From a virus, in the UHGV virus genome UHGV-0149030: a stretch of DNA of 37,646 nucleotides. One strand, 5' to 3'. The notes beneath the pieces are model-generated. The model did not search any database. It was not told where the DNA came from and was given only the letters and a program-made list of their open reading frames with translations. A program made the position numbers and the translations under genes. This document shows positions 25,112 through 35,141 of this stretch, piece by piece (positions within the stretch are counted from its first letter, which is position 1; every line of letters starts with the position of its first letter).

Positions 25112-25393
25112 ATGGAATCATATTTAAAGGAGTTCAAAGAAAGAAATCAAATCTTTCATTCGTCAGACGATGACTCTATAAAAGAACAATTAAATGATTC
25201 CTTTGAAGATATTCGAACGCTTATAGGAGATTTTGATCCAAAAGTATATCGAAAAGGAAAAGAACTTGTTTTTGAAAGAACTCGTTATGTAAGAAACGAA
25301 GCCTTAGAATATTTTTATCCCAACTTTCAGCAAAGTATTATGGATGCTTCCATCGATATTTCAGGAGGTGAAGGATTTGGCAATACATCCTAA
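25112..25393 (+). CDS. Head-tail connector (gp6-like) protein
   Basis: Size, position and sequence style (..SSDDDSIKEQLNDSFEDIRTLIG..). Confidence 0.55.
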   Translation: MESYLKEFKERNQIFHSSDDDSIKEQLNDSFEDIRTLIGDFDPKVYRKGKELVFERTRYVRNEALEYFYPNFQQSIMDASIDISGGEGFGNTS

Positions 25394-25754
25394 TTATAAA
25401 CGTCCCAAAATAGGAGCTGGCGAATTAAAAACGCCAGTTTCTTTTTTTCAGTTTATTCCGAGAGAAGGACCTGAACCTGGCGAAATAGTAAAGAAAGAAC
25501 TTCATTCATGTAAAGCGCAAATCTACAATCCGTCAATGAAAGATATGGAAATATTAAACGTAAAAGGAACTAAAGAGGGGCTGACAATTAAAATCCGTGA
25601 TCCACACCAAGACTATATTCCAACAAACAAACATAAAGTTGTTATTGACGACTATAGAGCCTTACCAATAGGAAAAGAATGGGAAATAGTAGACGTTTCA
25701 CCAGATTTTGAAGATAACCGTTTTATCAAAATCGTTTTAGGGGCTACGTCATGA
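25380..25754 (+). CDS. Head closure / head-tail adaptor protein (TTG or GTG start)
   Basis: Position. GGAGGTGA precedes the TTG at 25380. The track ORF starts at 25344, inside the previous gene. Confidence 0.5.
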   Translation, partial: AIHPNYKRPKIGAGELKTPVSFFQFIPREGPEPGEIVKKELHSCKAQIYNPSMKDMEILNVKGTKEGLTIKIRDPHQDYIPTNKHKVVIDDYRALPIGKEWEIVDVSPDFEDNRFIKIVLGATS

Positions 25755-26143
25755 GCGAAGTTACAGGGTTAGAAGAAATTCTCAAAAATATGGAAGATAA
25801 ACTAGGACAAGCACGAGTAAATAGAATTTCCAACAAAGCTTTAAAAAAACAAGGCGAAAGAAACAAGCAGATTGTTAAAAAATATATGGCTAGTTATATC
25901 GATTCAGGAAAAACACACGACTTAGTTATAAGTAGCGGTGTGAAAAGTAATCCAAAACGAGTTGAGACTGGCTGGGCTTCAAAGGAACGTGCGCCTATCG
26001 TCCATTTAAATGAGTTCGGCTATACACGCTATGGTACTTATGTGCGACCTCGTGGAATGGGAAAACTACAGGCTGCAGCTGATGAAATTCAAGCGAAAGC
26101 ATTTGGAGAGATGAAGTCGAATATGGAGGAATTAGCTAAATGA
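25751..26143 (+). CDS. HK97 gp10-family tail-proximal head completion protein
   Basis: Position. Motif ..IVHLNEFGYTRYG... Confidence 0.55.
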   Translation: MSEVTGLEEILKNMEDKLGQARVNRISNKALKKQGERNKQIVKKYMASYIDSGKTHDLVISSGVKSNPKRVETGWASKERAPIVHLNEFGYTRYGTYVRPRGMGKLQAAADEIQAKAFGEMKSNMEELAK

Positions 26144-26559
26144 AAGACATGATGATGGAAGTTTACAACCGATTAATTGATAATCCTCTGATTCGAGAAA
26201 AAACTAGTTTTATTAATGACAATGGTAAAACTGAATATCGCATTAAATTTTACGAAGTACCAGAAACTTTGGATACTACCAAACCTTTCATTGTCATTGA
26301 TAACTTTCTTGGTCCACAAACTAACGCTTATTTTGCCAACAACAAAGCTTTATCAATTAGGTTTAATTATCAAATTAACGTTGAAAGCATGGATAGAATG
26401 ACAACCAAGCAAATTTCTAAAGCAGTTGAAGAAACAATGAAACAAATTGGATTTGGCCGTCTTGATGGTGGCTTAGATCAGTACTTTAACGAAACAAAGC
26501 GTTTTGTGGATGCGAGACGTTACAGAAAAAATACACAAATTCACGACACCGACTACTAA
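26140..26559 (+). CDS. Tail completion / tail terminator-like protein
   Basis: Position between gp10-like and the major tail gene. Confidence 0.4.
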   Translation: MKDMMMEVYNRLIDNPLIREKTSFINDNGKTEYRIKFYEVPETLDTTKPFIVIDNFLGPQTNAYFANNKALSIRFNYQINVESMDRMTTKQISKAVEETMKQIGFGRLDGGLDQYFNETKRFVDARRYRKNTQIHDTDY

Positions 26560-26591
26560 GTTGGTGTCTATTTTTTAGGAGGAAAAAATAT

Positions 26592-27185
26592 ATGCAAACT
26601 TATGGATTTAGCAGAATCACTATTCAACAATTGGACAATGAATTAAAGCCAGTCGCTGGTAAGAAACATGTCATTGATGGCAAGCCAAAAGAAGGGGCCG
26701 CAGCAAGCTTTGAAATTACAGGACTAACCAAAGAACCGTCAAAAGTTTTCGGTTCAAACATTGCATATTACGTGGCACGTAAAGGGCACGGAGATATTGC
26801 AGCAAACTTAGGTATCTTAGATGTACCATCAGCCATTGAACATGAAATGTTAGGGCATAAAAAAGCTAGCGAGGAAAGCAAAGTTTATCATATTGGCGAG
26901 GATACAGAGCCACCTTACTACGCAGTATTAATCGAATCAGAAGATTTATATGGTGAAAAACTCGGCTTCGGCATGTATGCAGGCACATTCTCATTAGATG
27001 GTGTCAAAGGCGAAACATTAAATGATGACGACTTTACGCCAGAGCCTGGCGAATATGTTTATTCTGCTGTTTCTCGTCAAATTAACGGTAAAAAAGTTAC
27101 TGTCGGTTTTGCAGATAATTCAGAAGCTCTAGCAGAATTGACAACAGAATTATTTGGTGAAGAAACACCAGCGCCGGGAAAGTAG
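26592..27185 (+). CDS. Major tail protein
   Basis: 197 aa, strong RBS AGGAGG, followed by a stem-loop and then the chaperone/TMP genes. Confidence 0.7.
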   Translation: MQTYGFSRITIQQLDNELKPVAGKKHVIDGKPKEGAAASFEITGLTKEPSKVFGSNIAYYVARKGHGDIAANLGILDVPSAIEHEMLGHKKASEESKVYHIGEDTEPPYYAVLIESEDLYGEKLGFGMYAGTFSLDGVKGETLNDDDFTPEPGEYVYSAVSRQINGKKVTVGFADNSEALAELTTELFGEETPAPGK

Positions 27186-27188
27186 CAA

Positions 27189-27228
27189 GCCCCACAGTGG
27201 GAGCTGTTACTCCCACCACAGATGGGGC
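27189..27228 (+). other. Two-level stem-loop (gcccca-ca-gtgggag..ctcccac-cacaga-tggggc) after the major tail gene; paralogous to 25039..25077
   Basis: Shares ACAGATGGGGC plus ~13 of 20 downstream bases with the capsid-gene element. Confidence 0.5.
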
Positions 27229-27258
27229 CAATATTGAATTAAGTTAGGAGGACAAGAA

Positions 27259-27732
27259 ATGTCGTTTATTCCACCAGAAAAATTTAGACTTTATAAAAAA
27301 GGTGAAACTAATCCTGTTGCAGAAGGTGTTTCACCTTTAGCTATTACAGGAATTGCCGCAAATACGGATGTTTTAGCAGGTGACTTTACTGTCACAGGTG
27401 TTGCCACCGTTGACGGTGAAGAAAAAGAATCTGATCATGTTGATGTACCAGCATTTAAAACATTACCTATTGCAGTAACAGGAATTACCTTGGATAAGAC
27501 TGAATTAGCTTTAAAAGTTGGTGAAACAGCAACGTTAACACCTACAATCATGCCAGAAAACGCAACAAACAAAGCGTATAGATTCAGTTCTGAAGATGCA
27601 GCGATTGGAACGGTAACGCCAGTGCAAGGAAAAGTAACAGGCGTTTCGGAAGGTATTACAAAACTTGTTGGCACAACTGAAGACGGTAATTTTACAGCAG
27701 AATGTACATTAACGGTAACAGCAGCAGAATAA
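27259..27732 (+). CDS. Ig-like (Big_2) domain protein, tail decoration/accessory
   Basis: ITLDKTELALKVGETATLTPTIMPENATNKAYRFSSEDAAIGTV..GVSEGITKLVGTTEDGNFTAECTLTVT is a Big_2 pattern. Confidence 0.7.
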   Translation: MSFIPPEKFRLYKKGETNPVAEGVSPLAITGIAANTDVLAGDFTVTGVATVDGEEKESDHVDVPAFKTLPIAVTGITLDKTELALKVGETATLTPTIMPENATNKAYRFSSEDAAIGTVTPVQGKVTGVSEGITKLVGTTEDGNFTAECTLTVTAAE

Positions 27733-27787
27733 AAATTATTGATTAAGGACGGCTTTAGTTAGTCGTCCTTTTTTTGGAGGTTAAAAA

Positions 27788-28135
27788 ATGGAACGCAAGA
27801 TTGAACTTACTTTACGCATTGATGGCGAAGAAAAAACTTTTACTCAAGACTTTGTACCTTTCTCAAAACGTAATGACTACATTCGTTTAGAGAAAGAAGT
27901 AGAAGAAGCAGCGAAGAAACGTGATAAGGAGCCAATACAAAAAGATTATTTGGATATGCAAATTCAGTTTGTCGCAGATCTGTTTGACGAAAAAGAAGTG
28001 ACTAAAGAATCAATCATGAGTGGATTAGATTCACTAGACATCGAAAAAATTTGGGAAATCATACGGTACCGTGTTTTGGGATTCTCAAAAGAAGATGATG
28101 AAGAAGCAAAAAAAGCAATGACGGAGGAAATTTAA
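27788..28135 (+). CDS. Tail assembly chaperone (gpG-like)
   Basis: Position immediately upstream of the tape measure gene. Acidic protein. Confidence 0.7.
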   Translation: MERKIELTLRIDGEEKTFTQDFVPFSKRNDYIRLEKEVEEAAKKRDKEPIQKDYLDMQIQFVADLFDEKEVTKESIMSGLDSLDIEKIWEIIRYRVLGFSKEDDEEAKKAMTEEI

Positions 28136-28338
28136 CTTGGGATGAACTTTATGAGTTACAAGTTGATTTTGTCCGTAATGCTATCACTAATCTAGGGTGG
28201 ACGATTCGGGATTTCATGAATACTGATTGCTTGGATATTGATGAAATCTTATTGAAGGCACCAAAGAAAAAGAAAACTAAAAAGAAAAAACAAGAGGTGC
28301 GACCATTAAGCGAATTAGTAAAGCGTGGTGGCGCATAA
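27788..28338 (+). CDS. gpGT-like fusion made by -1 programmed ribosomal frameshift at A_AAA_AAA (28108..28114)
   Basis: The -1 frame is open from 28102 to the stop at 28336..28338. The heptamer is in the correct X_XXY_YYZ register relative to the zero frame. Confidence 0.6.
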
Positions 28339-28356
28339 AGGGAAGGAGGTAACTAA

Positions 28357-31300
28357 ATGAGTGGTGGAACGCCGTTAGGAAATATGGTTATAAAGCTAGG
28401 CTTGGATAGTTCTGATTTCGGTCGTGGTGCAGCAAATGCTAAAAAAGAAGTTCGATATTTAGCGAAAGAAATGCAAGCTAATGCAAAAATCGCTGATATG
28501 GCGGGCAATCAAATGGGCAAGCTTGGCACTCGTTTTGATGGTTTAACTAAAATTATTGGGGCGCAGGAGAAACAAGTTGCTGCATTGAAAAAAGCTTATG
28601 ACGAGTCATTTGTAGATGGAAAAGCGACAGAATCGACTAAAAGGTTAGCAACTCAATTGCAAGATGCCAATGGTAAACTAGCAAATTATCGATCTCAATT
28701 AATTCAAACAGCTGGTCAAATGGCAGAAATGCAGGTCAAAACCACTGGTGCCACTGGCGCCATTTATAATGCCAGCGAAAAAATGATTTCTAGTGGTCAA
28801 AAAATGGAAAAAGTGGGGGGAGCCTTAACAAAAGGTATAACTTTGCCAATTCTCGCAGGAGCTGCAGCAGTAACAACGGCCGCTGTGAAATGGGAATCTG
28901 ATTTTGCTGGTGTGAAAAAGACCAATGATGAAGTTGTTGATTCGACAGGTAAGGTTGTTTACTCATACAAAGATTTAGAAAATGGTCTTCGTGGACTAGC
29001 CAAAGAATTACCTTCAAGTCACACGGAAATTGCAAACGTTGCAGAAGCAGCAGGGCAGTTAGGGATTAAAACTAAAAATGTAGTTGGCTTCACCAAGACA
29101 ATGATTGACTTAGGCGAGTCAACGAACATGAGCGCAGAAGAAGCAGCAACTGCTTTAGCTCGATTGGCCAACATTACAGGAATGCCACAAACGGAATTTG
29201 ACAAGTTAGGTTCTGTGATTGTTGATTTAGGGAATAACTTTGCGACAACCGAGTCAGAAATAACCGCAATGGGATTACGTCTTGCTGGTGCTGGTCACCA
29301 AGTGGGAATGAGTGAAGCTCAAATCATGGGATTTGCGGCTGCATTGAGTTCGGTTGGTATTGAAGCAGAAGCAGGCGGTTCTGCATTTTCCAAAGTGATG
29401 GTTGAAATGCAATTGGCTGTAGAAAATGGAGCCAATGCATTTGCAGGGTTAGAGAGTTTAAGCCAACAAACTGGTGTATCTATGGAACAGGTTTCTAGCG
29501 CTGTTAGAAATGGCGGTAAAGAGTTAAAAAACACTGCTGGTGCAATGGGGTTAACTAGCAAAGAATTAAAAACAATGCATAAAGAAGCCACCGATGCATC
29601 AGGAAAATTAAATGATTTTGCAGAAGTAGCTGGAATGTCTGCAGAACAATTTTCTAAAGCTTTCAAAGAGGATGCTTCAGGTGCTATTATCAAATTTATT
29701 GAAGGGCTAGGAAAAACGAAGGAACACGGACAATCTGCAATTGCTGTTTTAGATGATATGGGGATTACCGAAGTTCGTCTTCGTGACAGTTTGCTACGTG
29801 CAGCTGGTGCCAGTGATGTATTTAAAAGTGCTGTAGATCGTGGAACTAAAGCATGGGGAGAAAACACCGCTTTAACAGAGGAAGCTAACAAGCGATATGA
29901 AACTACTGAATCTCAATTAAAGATGCTTAAAAATGAAGCAGTGGACGTAGGTATCACGTTTGGTGGTCCTTTAGTAAAAGCATTGAGAGATGTGCTTCAA
30001 GCAACTAAGCCAATGATTAAAACCGTAACGAACTTAGCGGAATCTTTCTCAAATGCTGATCCTAAAACACAGCAAACAATTGTTAAAATGATTGCATTAA
30101 CTGCTGCAATGGGTCCTGCTATTAAGTTAACAGGTACTTTAACAAAGGGTGTAGGATTTTTAGGCAAAGGCTTTGTTGAAACAATGGCTGCTATGTCTAA
30201 AAAAAGAGCAATCGAAGATGTTACAAAAGCTTTTGCAGAAGGCAGTTCTGTTTCTATTGGATTCGGAAAAGACATTGCTTCTTCTGGTTCGGCATTAGGA
30301 GGATTGACTGCTAAAATCGGAGGAACCACAACACAAATTGGTTCATTGACTAAAGGGTTTAGTTTATTGAATCCTTGGGTGTTAGGTGCAACTGCAGCGA
30401 TTGGGACAGGTGTAGCAGTGTGGAAACTCTGGGGAGAAGAAGCCTGGAATAGTTCCCAACGAACACAACGATGGGGAACTGATGTAGGAAAAGCCACTGA
30501 CGATGCTTTAACTAAGTTTCAAGGTTATAGCAGAGGTGCTAGTGGAGAGCTTGATTTGCTAGAAAAAGGCATTTCTGGGAATACCGGTACCATTGCTAAT
30601 AATTTCTCTAAGATGGGTCAATCAATCGAAGAAAATATGACGAAAAAGATTGAGACACTGAAAGACATTGTTAATAGGTTGCCAGATGATATAAAAGAAG
30701 CTGGAGATAAGCTAACCCAAGAAGAAGTGCTCAATCAGGAAAAATATTTAGCTGTAGTGAAAGAAAATAATCAAAAAATAACTCAAATTAAACAAGAAGC
30801 TTCAAACAATAACCGCAAAATAAGTTATGAAGAAACGATAAGAATTAAATCATTAGCTAAAGAAAGCGCAGAGGCTTATGTTAATTCTTTAGGTAAAAGC
30901 GAAACTGAAACCAAAGAAATTTTATCTGCAATGACAGGAAATGTAGCAGAAGCATCAGAAGATCAAGCAAAAACGTGGCTGCAATCTTTAGGAAAGCAAA
31001 GGCAACAATCCAAAATAGAATATAATAAGATGCAGGACGATTTGAAAGCAAAATTAGTAGATGCTGGTTATGATTTAAACAGTGAATATGCCAAAAAAAT
31101 GCTATCCTTATTAAAAGAAAGTGGCGATAGTGCCACGCAGATTACAGAAGATCAGATGTCAGCTATTCTAGCCAAATATCCAGAATTAGCTGATCAAGTA
31201 TTTTTAGCAAATGGACAATTAATTAGTTCAATGGGTGAAGCTGGTAAAGCGGCAGTTGGTCAAAATAAAAAAATGATGGATTCCTTCACCGATATGGCAG

Positions 31301-33105
31301 AAAAAGTATCAAAAACTGCCGGAGAAAACGCAAAAAAAATAGAACTTATTGCAGACGAAGCAAATGAGTTTGGCGAATTCTGGAATCAATTAATCTTAGA
31401 TACGAAAACAGGTGAAGTCAAAACAAATGCGCAAGAAGCAGTTAATGAAGCTGCAAGCTCTGAAAAAGGTTGGAATCAACTTATTTATGCTTCTAAAAAC
31501 GCAGATTTAAAGAGTAATGCTAAGTTGATGATTGCAGAAGCTGCCATCGCTAATGGACGTTGGGAAAAAATGACGTTTACCGAACAACAAGCTTTGTTAG
31601 ATAGTAACGTTACAAAAACAATGACACAAGCATTGCAAGCAAAAGGCAGCTGGGGTAAATTGAATTTCGAAGAGAAAAAAGCTGTTCTTTATTCAAATAC
31701 GCCAGAGGTAATGGCTGAAACAATGCTTAATTTGGGATTGTGGAAAGACTATCAGCCGCAGGTTAAAGAATTAAAGGCTAAAAACCAATCTTTTCTTGAT
31801 GTGTTGAGCCAATCCCAAGATAAAATCGTTCATTGGTCACAAGTCCCAGTAGATATAAAAGAAATTCTTGGTGATAATTACGATTTACTTTCAAAAATAT
31901 ACGGATCAGAGCAATCGTATAATCGTTGGAAAAATTTACCAGATGATGAGAAAAAACTTTTAGCTAATAATTCTGATGTGCTACAAAAAATTATGACTTC
32001 GGATACTAGTTTAAAACAATGGAATGCCTTGCCAGCTGATCAGAAAAAAATGCTTGGAGATAATACCGACTTATTAACAAAAGTTATGGCATCAGAAGAA
32101 AGCTTTAATGCGTGGAAGTTATTACCTAATCCAGTAAAAAAAATGCTTGGTAATAATGAAGATTTAGAAGCTAAGATAGCCGATGGAACAATTAGCATAG
32201 AAGAATATAACGGGATTAAACCACTACTAAAAACACTTTTAGGTGATTCTTCAATTGTTCAAAATGCAAGTCGTGCAGCTGGTGATCAACTAGATATTTA
32301 TAATAGGAATAATCCTACAAAAAAAATACTTAGTGGAGATTCTTCTAATACCCAAGCTGCAGCTCGACAAGGTGGCAATGCATTGAACACCTACAATGCC
32401 AATAATCCAGGAACGAAAAACCTGCGAGGAAATGCAGGTGGAGTTGTCGGTGCGGCTTCAAGTGGTAATAGTAGCTTAAATATTTTCGCAGCAAACAATC
32501 CAGTAGAAAAACTATTAAGGGCTAATGATCAAGCGAGTGGACCAGCATCTCAAGCGAAAAATGCAGTAAGTGACTTTAATTCTGGCCCTTCGGTAATTAC
32601 CAAAACTTTAAACGTAGTAGCTAATTTAGGCGCTGGCGTAGCAAAAATTTTAGGACTAGAAACAGGAACCAATAATCATATTGGTGGTCCAGCAATCGTC
32701 AATGACCAAAAAGGACGCACTTATAAAGAATTGGTAATTCCTAAAGGTGGTGTGCCTTTCATTCCAGAAGGTAGAAATGTATTCTTACCAGATTTACCAA
32801 AAGGATCAAAAGTAATCAAAGCTTCAGAAACAAAGAAACTAATTCCTCATTATGAAAACGGCGTGGGAGTTCCGAGAAACTCTTCAGTTGTTAAAAATCT
32901 AATTGCTGTTCAAGATTCACATGAATCAAATGATTTTAGCGAACTTGCTTCTCTAATGCGTGAAATGGTTTCTTACTTGAAAGACGGAAATATTAAAAAC
33001 ATGGAAGTAACACAATATATCACAGGTGCTGACACGAAAACACCGAGAGAAACAGCGATTGAAACAAAACGCCAACTTCGTGACTTGGCTAGGGGGTTTA
33101 AATAG
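28357..33105 (+). CDS. Tail tape measure protein (1582 aa)
   Basis: Length, position, coiled-coil N-terminal half, hydrophobic central segment and internal W-containing ~35-40-aa tandem repeats. Confidence 0.9.
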   Translation: MSGGTPLGNMVIKLGLDSSDFGRGAANAKKEVRYLAKEMQANAKIADMAGNQMGKLGTRFDGLTKIIGAQEKQVAALKKAYDESFVDGKATESTKRLATQLQDANGKLANYRSQLIQTAGQMAEMQVKTTGATGAIYNASEKMISSGQKMEKVGGALTKGITLPILAGAAAVTTAAVKWESDFAGVKKTNDEVVDSTGKVVYSYKDLENGLRGLAKELPSSHTEIANVAEAAGQLGIKTKNVVGFTKTMIDLGESTNMSAEEAATALARLANITGMPQTEFDKLGSVIVDLGNNFATTESEITAMGLRLAGAGHQVGMSEAQIMGFAAALSSVGIEAEAGGSAFSKVMVEMQLAVENGANAFAGLESLSQQTGVSMEQVSSAVRNGGKELKNTAGAMGLTSKELKTMHKEATDASGKLNDFAEVAGMSAEQFSKAFKEDASGAIIKFIEGLGKTKEHGQSAIAVLDDMGITEVRLRDSLLRAAGASDVFKSAVDRGTKAWGENTALTEEANKRYETTESQLKMLKNEAVDVGITFGGPLVKALRDVLQATKPMIKTVTNLAESFSNADPKTQQTIVKMIALTAAMGPAIKLTGTLTKGVGFLGKGFVETMAAMSKKRAIEDVTKAFAEGSSVSIGFGKDIASSGSALGGLTAKIGGTTTQIGSLTKGFSLLNPWVLGATAAIGTGVAVWKLWGEEAWNSSQRTQRWGTDVGKATDDALTKFQGYSRGASGELDLLEKGISGNTGTIANNFSKMGQSIEENMTKKIETLKDIVNRLPDDIKEAGDKLTQEEVLNQEKYLAVVKENNQKITQIKQEASNNNRKISYEETIRIKSLAKESAEAYVNSLGKSETETKEILSAMTGNVAEASEDQAKTWLQSLGKQRQQSKIEYNKMQDDLKAKLVDAGYDLNSEYAKKMLSLLKESGDSATQITEDQMSAILAKYPELADQVFLANGQLISSMGEAGKAAVGQNKKMMDSFTDMAEKVSKTAGENAKKIELIADEANEFGEFWNQLILDTKTGEVKTNAQEAVNEAASSEKGWNQLIYASKNADLKSNAKLMIAEAAIANGRWEKMTFTEQQALLDSNVTKTMTQALQAKGSWGKLNFEEKKAVLYSNTPEVMAETMLNLGLWKDYQPQVKELKAKNQSFLDVLSQSQDKIVHWSQVPVDIKEILGDNYDLLSKIYGSEQSYNRWKNLPDDEKKLLANNSDVLQKIMTSDTSLKQWNALPADQKKMLGDNTDLLTKVMASEESFNAWKLLPNPVKKMLGNNEDLEAKIADGTISIEEYNGIKPLLKTLLGDSSIVQNASRAAGDQLDIYNRNNPTKKILSGDSSNTQAAARQGGNALNTYNANNPGTKNLRGNAGGVVGAASSGNSSLNIFAANNPVEKLLRANDQASGPASQAKNAVSDFNSGPSVITKTLNVVANLGAGVAKILGLETGTNNHIGGPAIVNDQKGRTYKELVIPKGGVPFIPEGRNVFLPDLPKGSKVIKASETKKLIPHYENGVGVPRNSSVVKNLIAVQDSHESNDFSELASLMREMVSYLKDGNIKNMEVTQYITGADTKTPRETAIETKRQLRDLARGFK

Positions 33106-34004
33106 TGAAACTAGAATTAGTTTATACGAATCAAAATGGGGAGCAACTCGTTTTTAATGAGGAAGCTCCTTATTTTTTGCAAAATGTTGAAGGTCTAGAA
33201 GCGCCAGAAAATGTCGTGCTAGCAGAAGAAGTGTTTGGAGAGGACGGTGCAAAAGTTGTTGGCATCCGCTTAAGCACTCGGAAACCATTGCTAGAAGGAA
33301 CTTTAATTGGAAAAACAGAAGAAGAAATTTATCAGCTGCGCCGAGATATGATTCAAAAAATCGATCTAAAACAAACAGGTAAGCTAACACTTAAAGTCTA
33401 TGACAAAGAGTATGAAACCGACGTTCTACCAATTCAAGCGCCTAGCTTCAAGTTGTATGAAGATAATCCTTATAAGGTTGATGAATGGAACTTATTCTCT
33501 TTACAGTTTGAAGCATTCGATTCTTATTTCCGGGATGTATCGTTTTATAACTCGCTGGTTCCTTTGGCAACATTAAAGCCAACGCTTATTTTTCCAATGG
33601 TTTTTGTTCAAGGCGAGAAGCATACGTTTGGCCGCTTTGAATCAGGGAATATTGAAAAGATTGTAAACAATGGAGATGTGCAGGTTGGAGCAGTTTTTCA
33701 TATGAAATGTGTAACAACCGTAACTGATCCGCAGATTTACGATGTAACAAAACAAACCTTCTTTGGATTTAAAGGAACCTTTGAACCTGGAACAAGATTC
33801 GAACTTTCAACGGTACGTGGAAATTTGTATGCGAAAAAAATTGTTAATGGTGTAGAAACTAATGCTGTTCCAGAACGTATGGAGGGTAGTAGTTTCTTTC
33901 GATTATCTAAAGGAGATAACTATTTACAACTAAAAGCGGCCAACAATTCTCAAAATGGAATTACATGTGAAATGCAATTTACACCATTAGTTAGCGGGGT
34001 GTAA
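33105..34004 (+). CDS. Distal tail protein (Dit), GTG start overlapping the TMP stop
   Basis: Position and size (299 aa). Confidence 0.6.
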   Translation: MKLELVYTNQNGEQLVFNEEAPYFLQNVEGLEAPENVVLAEEVFGEDGAKVVGIRLSTRKPLLEGTLIGKTEEEIYQLRRDMIQKIDLKQTGKLTLKVYDKEYETDVLPIQAPSFKLYEDNPYKVDEWNLFSLQFEAFDSYFRDVSFYNSLVPLATLKPTLIFPMVFVQGEKHTFGRFESGNIEKIVNNGDVQVGAVFHMKCVTTVTDPQIYDVTKQTFFGFKGTFEPGTRFELSTVRGNLYAKKIVNGVETNAVPERMEGSSFFRLSKGDNYLQLKAANNSQNGITCEMQFTPLVSGV

Positions 34005-34006
34005 CT

Positions 34007-35131
34007 ATGGATTTTATGCCATTACCTTTTGTAGAGGTGTTTCGAAGAAAGTCTGGCTTTGATTATGAGTCAACGGCAGTTCTGGACATATGGAAATCAA
34101 TGAGTGTCAAAGAAAATTTCAAGTCAGCCAATACTTTTGAAACGGTTGTTCTTTTAAAGTATATGCCAAAAGAATTAATGGACGAAGACACAGTGCTATT
34201 AATTAATAATTGCTTTTACTATATTGATTCTATTATTTGCGATGATTTGAGCAGTGGATTAATTACAATTTCTGGGAAGTCTCTTTTTGCAAAATCTGGT
34301 AAGAGAATTGTTTATCGAATTTACAATCAAACAAAAAGACCAGAGCTGATTTGCTACGATCACTTACGGAACGAAGTGGTCTCTCCGTCAGATGCTAAAA
34401 GAAAAATAAATTACTTATCTGTTGAACAACCGCCAGCAATTACTAATTCAAACATTAGTTATCAAAACAGTTATGGGAATGTTGAAGAAGAAATAGAGGG
34501 ACTGTGTGAAAGTTACAATTTTGGTTTTGACGAAATTCCTATCTCGAATGGGCGTATTGGCTCAACATCAAACGGCCAAGTTGGAACAAATATTCGTTTT
34601 AGAAAAAGTGAAGATGTTTCTAGTGTAGTTCAATTTAGTGCAGAGTTTGAAAATGTTACTAATGAATCATTAGAAAAGAACAACTATGATGAAGCGACTA
34701 CAGCCCTTATTTATGGAGAAGGCGAAGGAAAAGCTCGTAAGCATACTCAAGTAAATAACAATTTGAGTGGCCTCGAACGAAAAGAAATATACGTCGATGC
34801 TCGTGACTTACAACAGACTGTTGATGATGTAAAAATGCCAGATGCACAATATATTGCCACATTGCAATCAAGAGGAAAAGAAAAATTAACTGAACAACCA
34901 AGAGTTTTGGCATTAAATGGGACTATCAATTTAAATGATAGTCTTTTTGTTTATGGTCGAGATTATAAATTGGGGGATCGAGTAAAACGTATTTCTTCTT
35001 TTGGCTATTCAGATACAGTGGTTCTAAATTCTGTAACGCAAACATGGGATGAGAAGGGATACCATATTGATGGCGAATTCGGTAACCAAAGTAAAACAAT
35101 TATTGATGTAATCAAGAGAAAAGGAAAGTAG
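34007..35131 (+). CDS. Tail-associated (Tal/baseplate hub-like) protein, short form
   Basis: Position only. Confidence 0.4.
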   Translation: MDFMPLPFVEVFRRKSGFDYESTAVLDIWKSMSVKENFKSANTFETVVLLKYMPKELMDEDTVLLINNCFYYIDSIICDDLSSGLITISGKSLFAKSGKRIVYRIYNQTKRPELICYDHLRNEVVSPSDAKRKINYLSVEQPPAITNSNISYQNSYGNVEEEIEGLCESYNFGFDEIPISNGRIGSTSNGQVGTNIRFRKSEDVSSVVQFSAEFENVTNESLEKNNYDEATTALIYGEGEGKARKHTQVNNNLSGLERKEIYVDARDLQQTVDDVKMPDAQYIATLQSRGKEKLTEQPRVLALNGTINLNDSLFVYGRDYKLGDRVKRISSFGYSDTVVLNSVTQTWDEKGYHIDGEFGNQSKTIIDVIKRKGK

Positions 35132-35141
35132 GTGGTTATTT

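Noticed and set aside
29319-29891. 190-aa ORF on the minus strand (and 29997..30497-, 166 aa) inside the tape measure gene
   Set aside because: Antisense to a very long, clearly real coding region. The open frames are a consequence of the Ala/Gly/Ser-rich codon composition opposite. No RBS.
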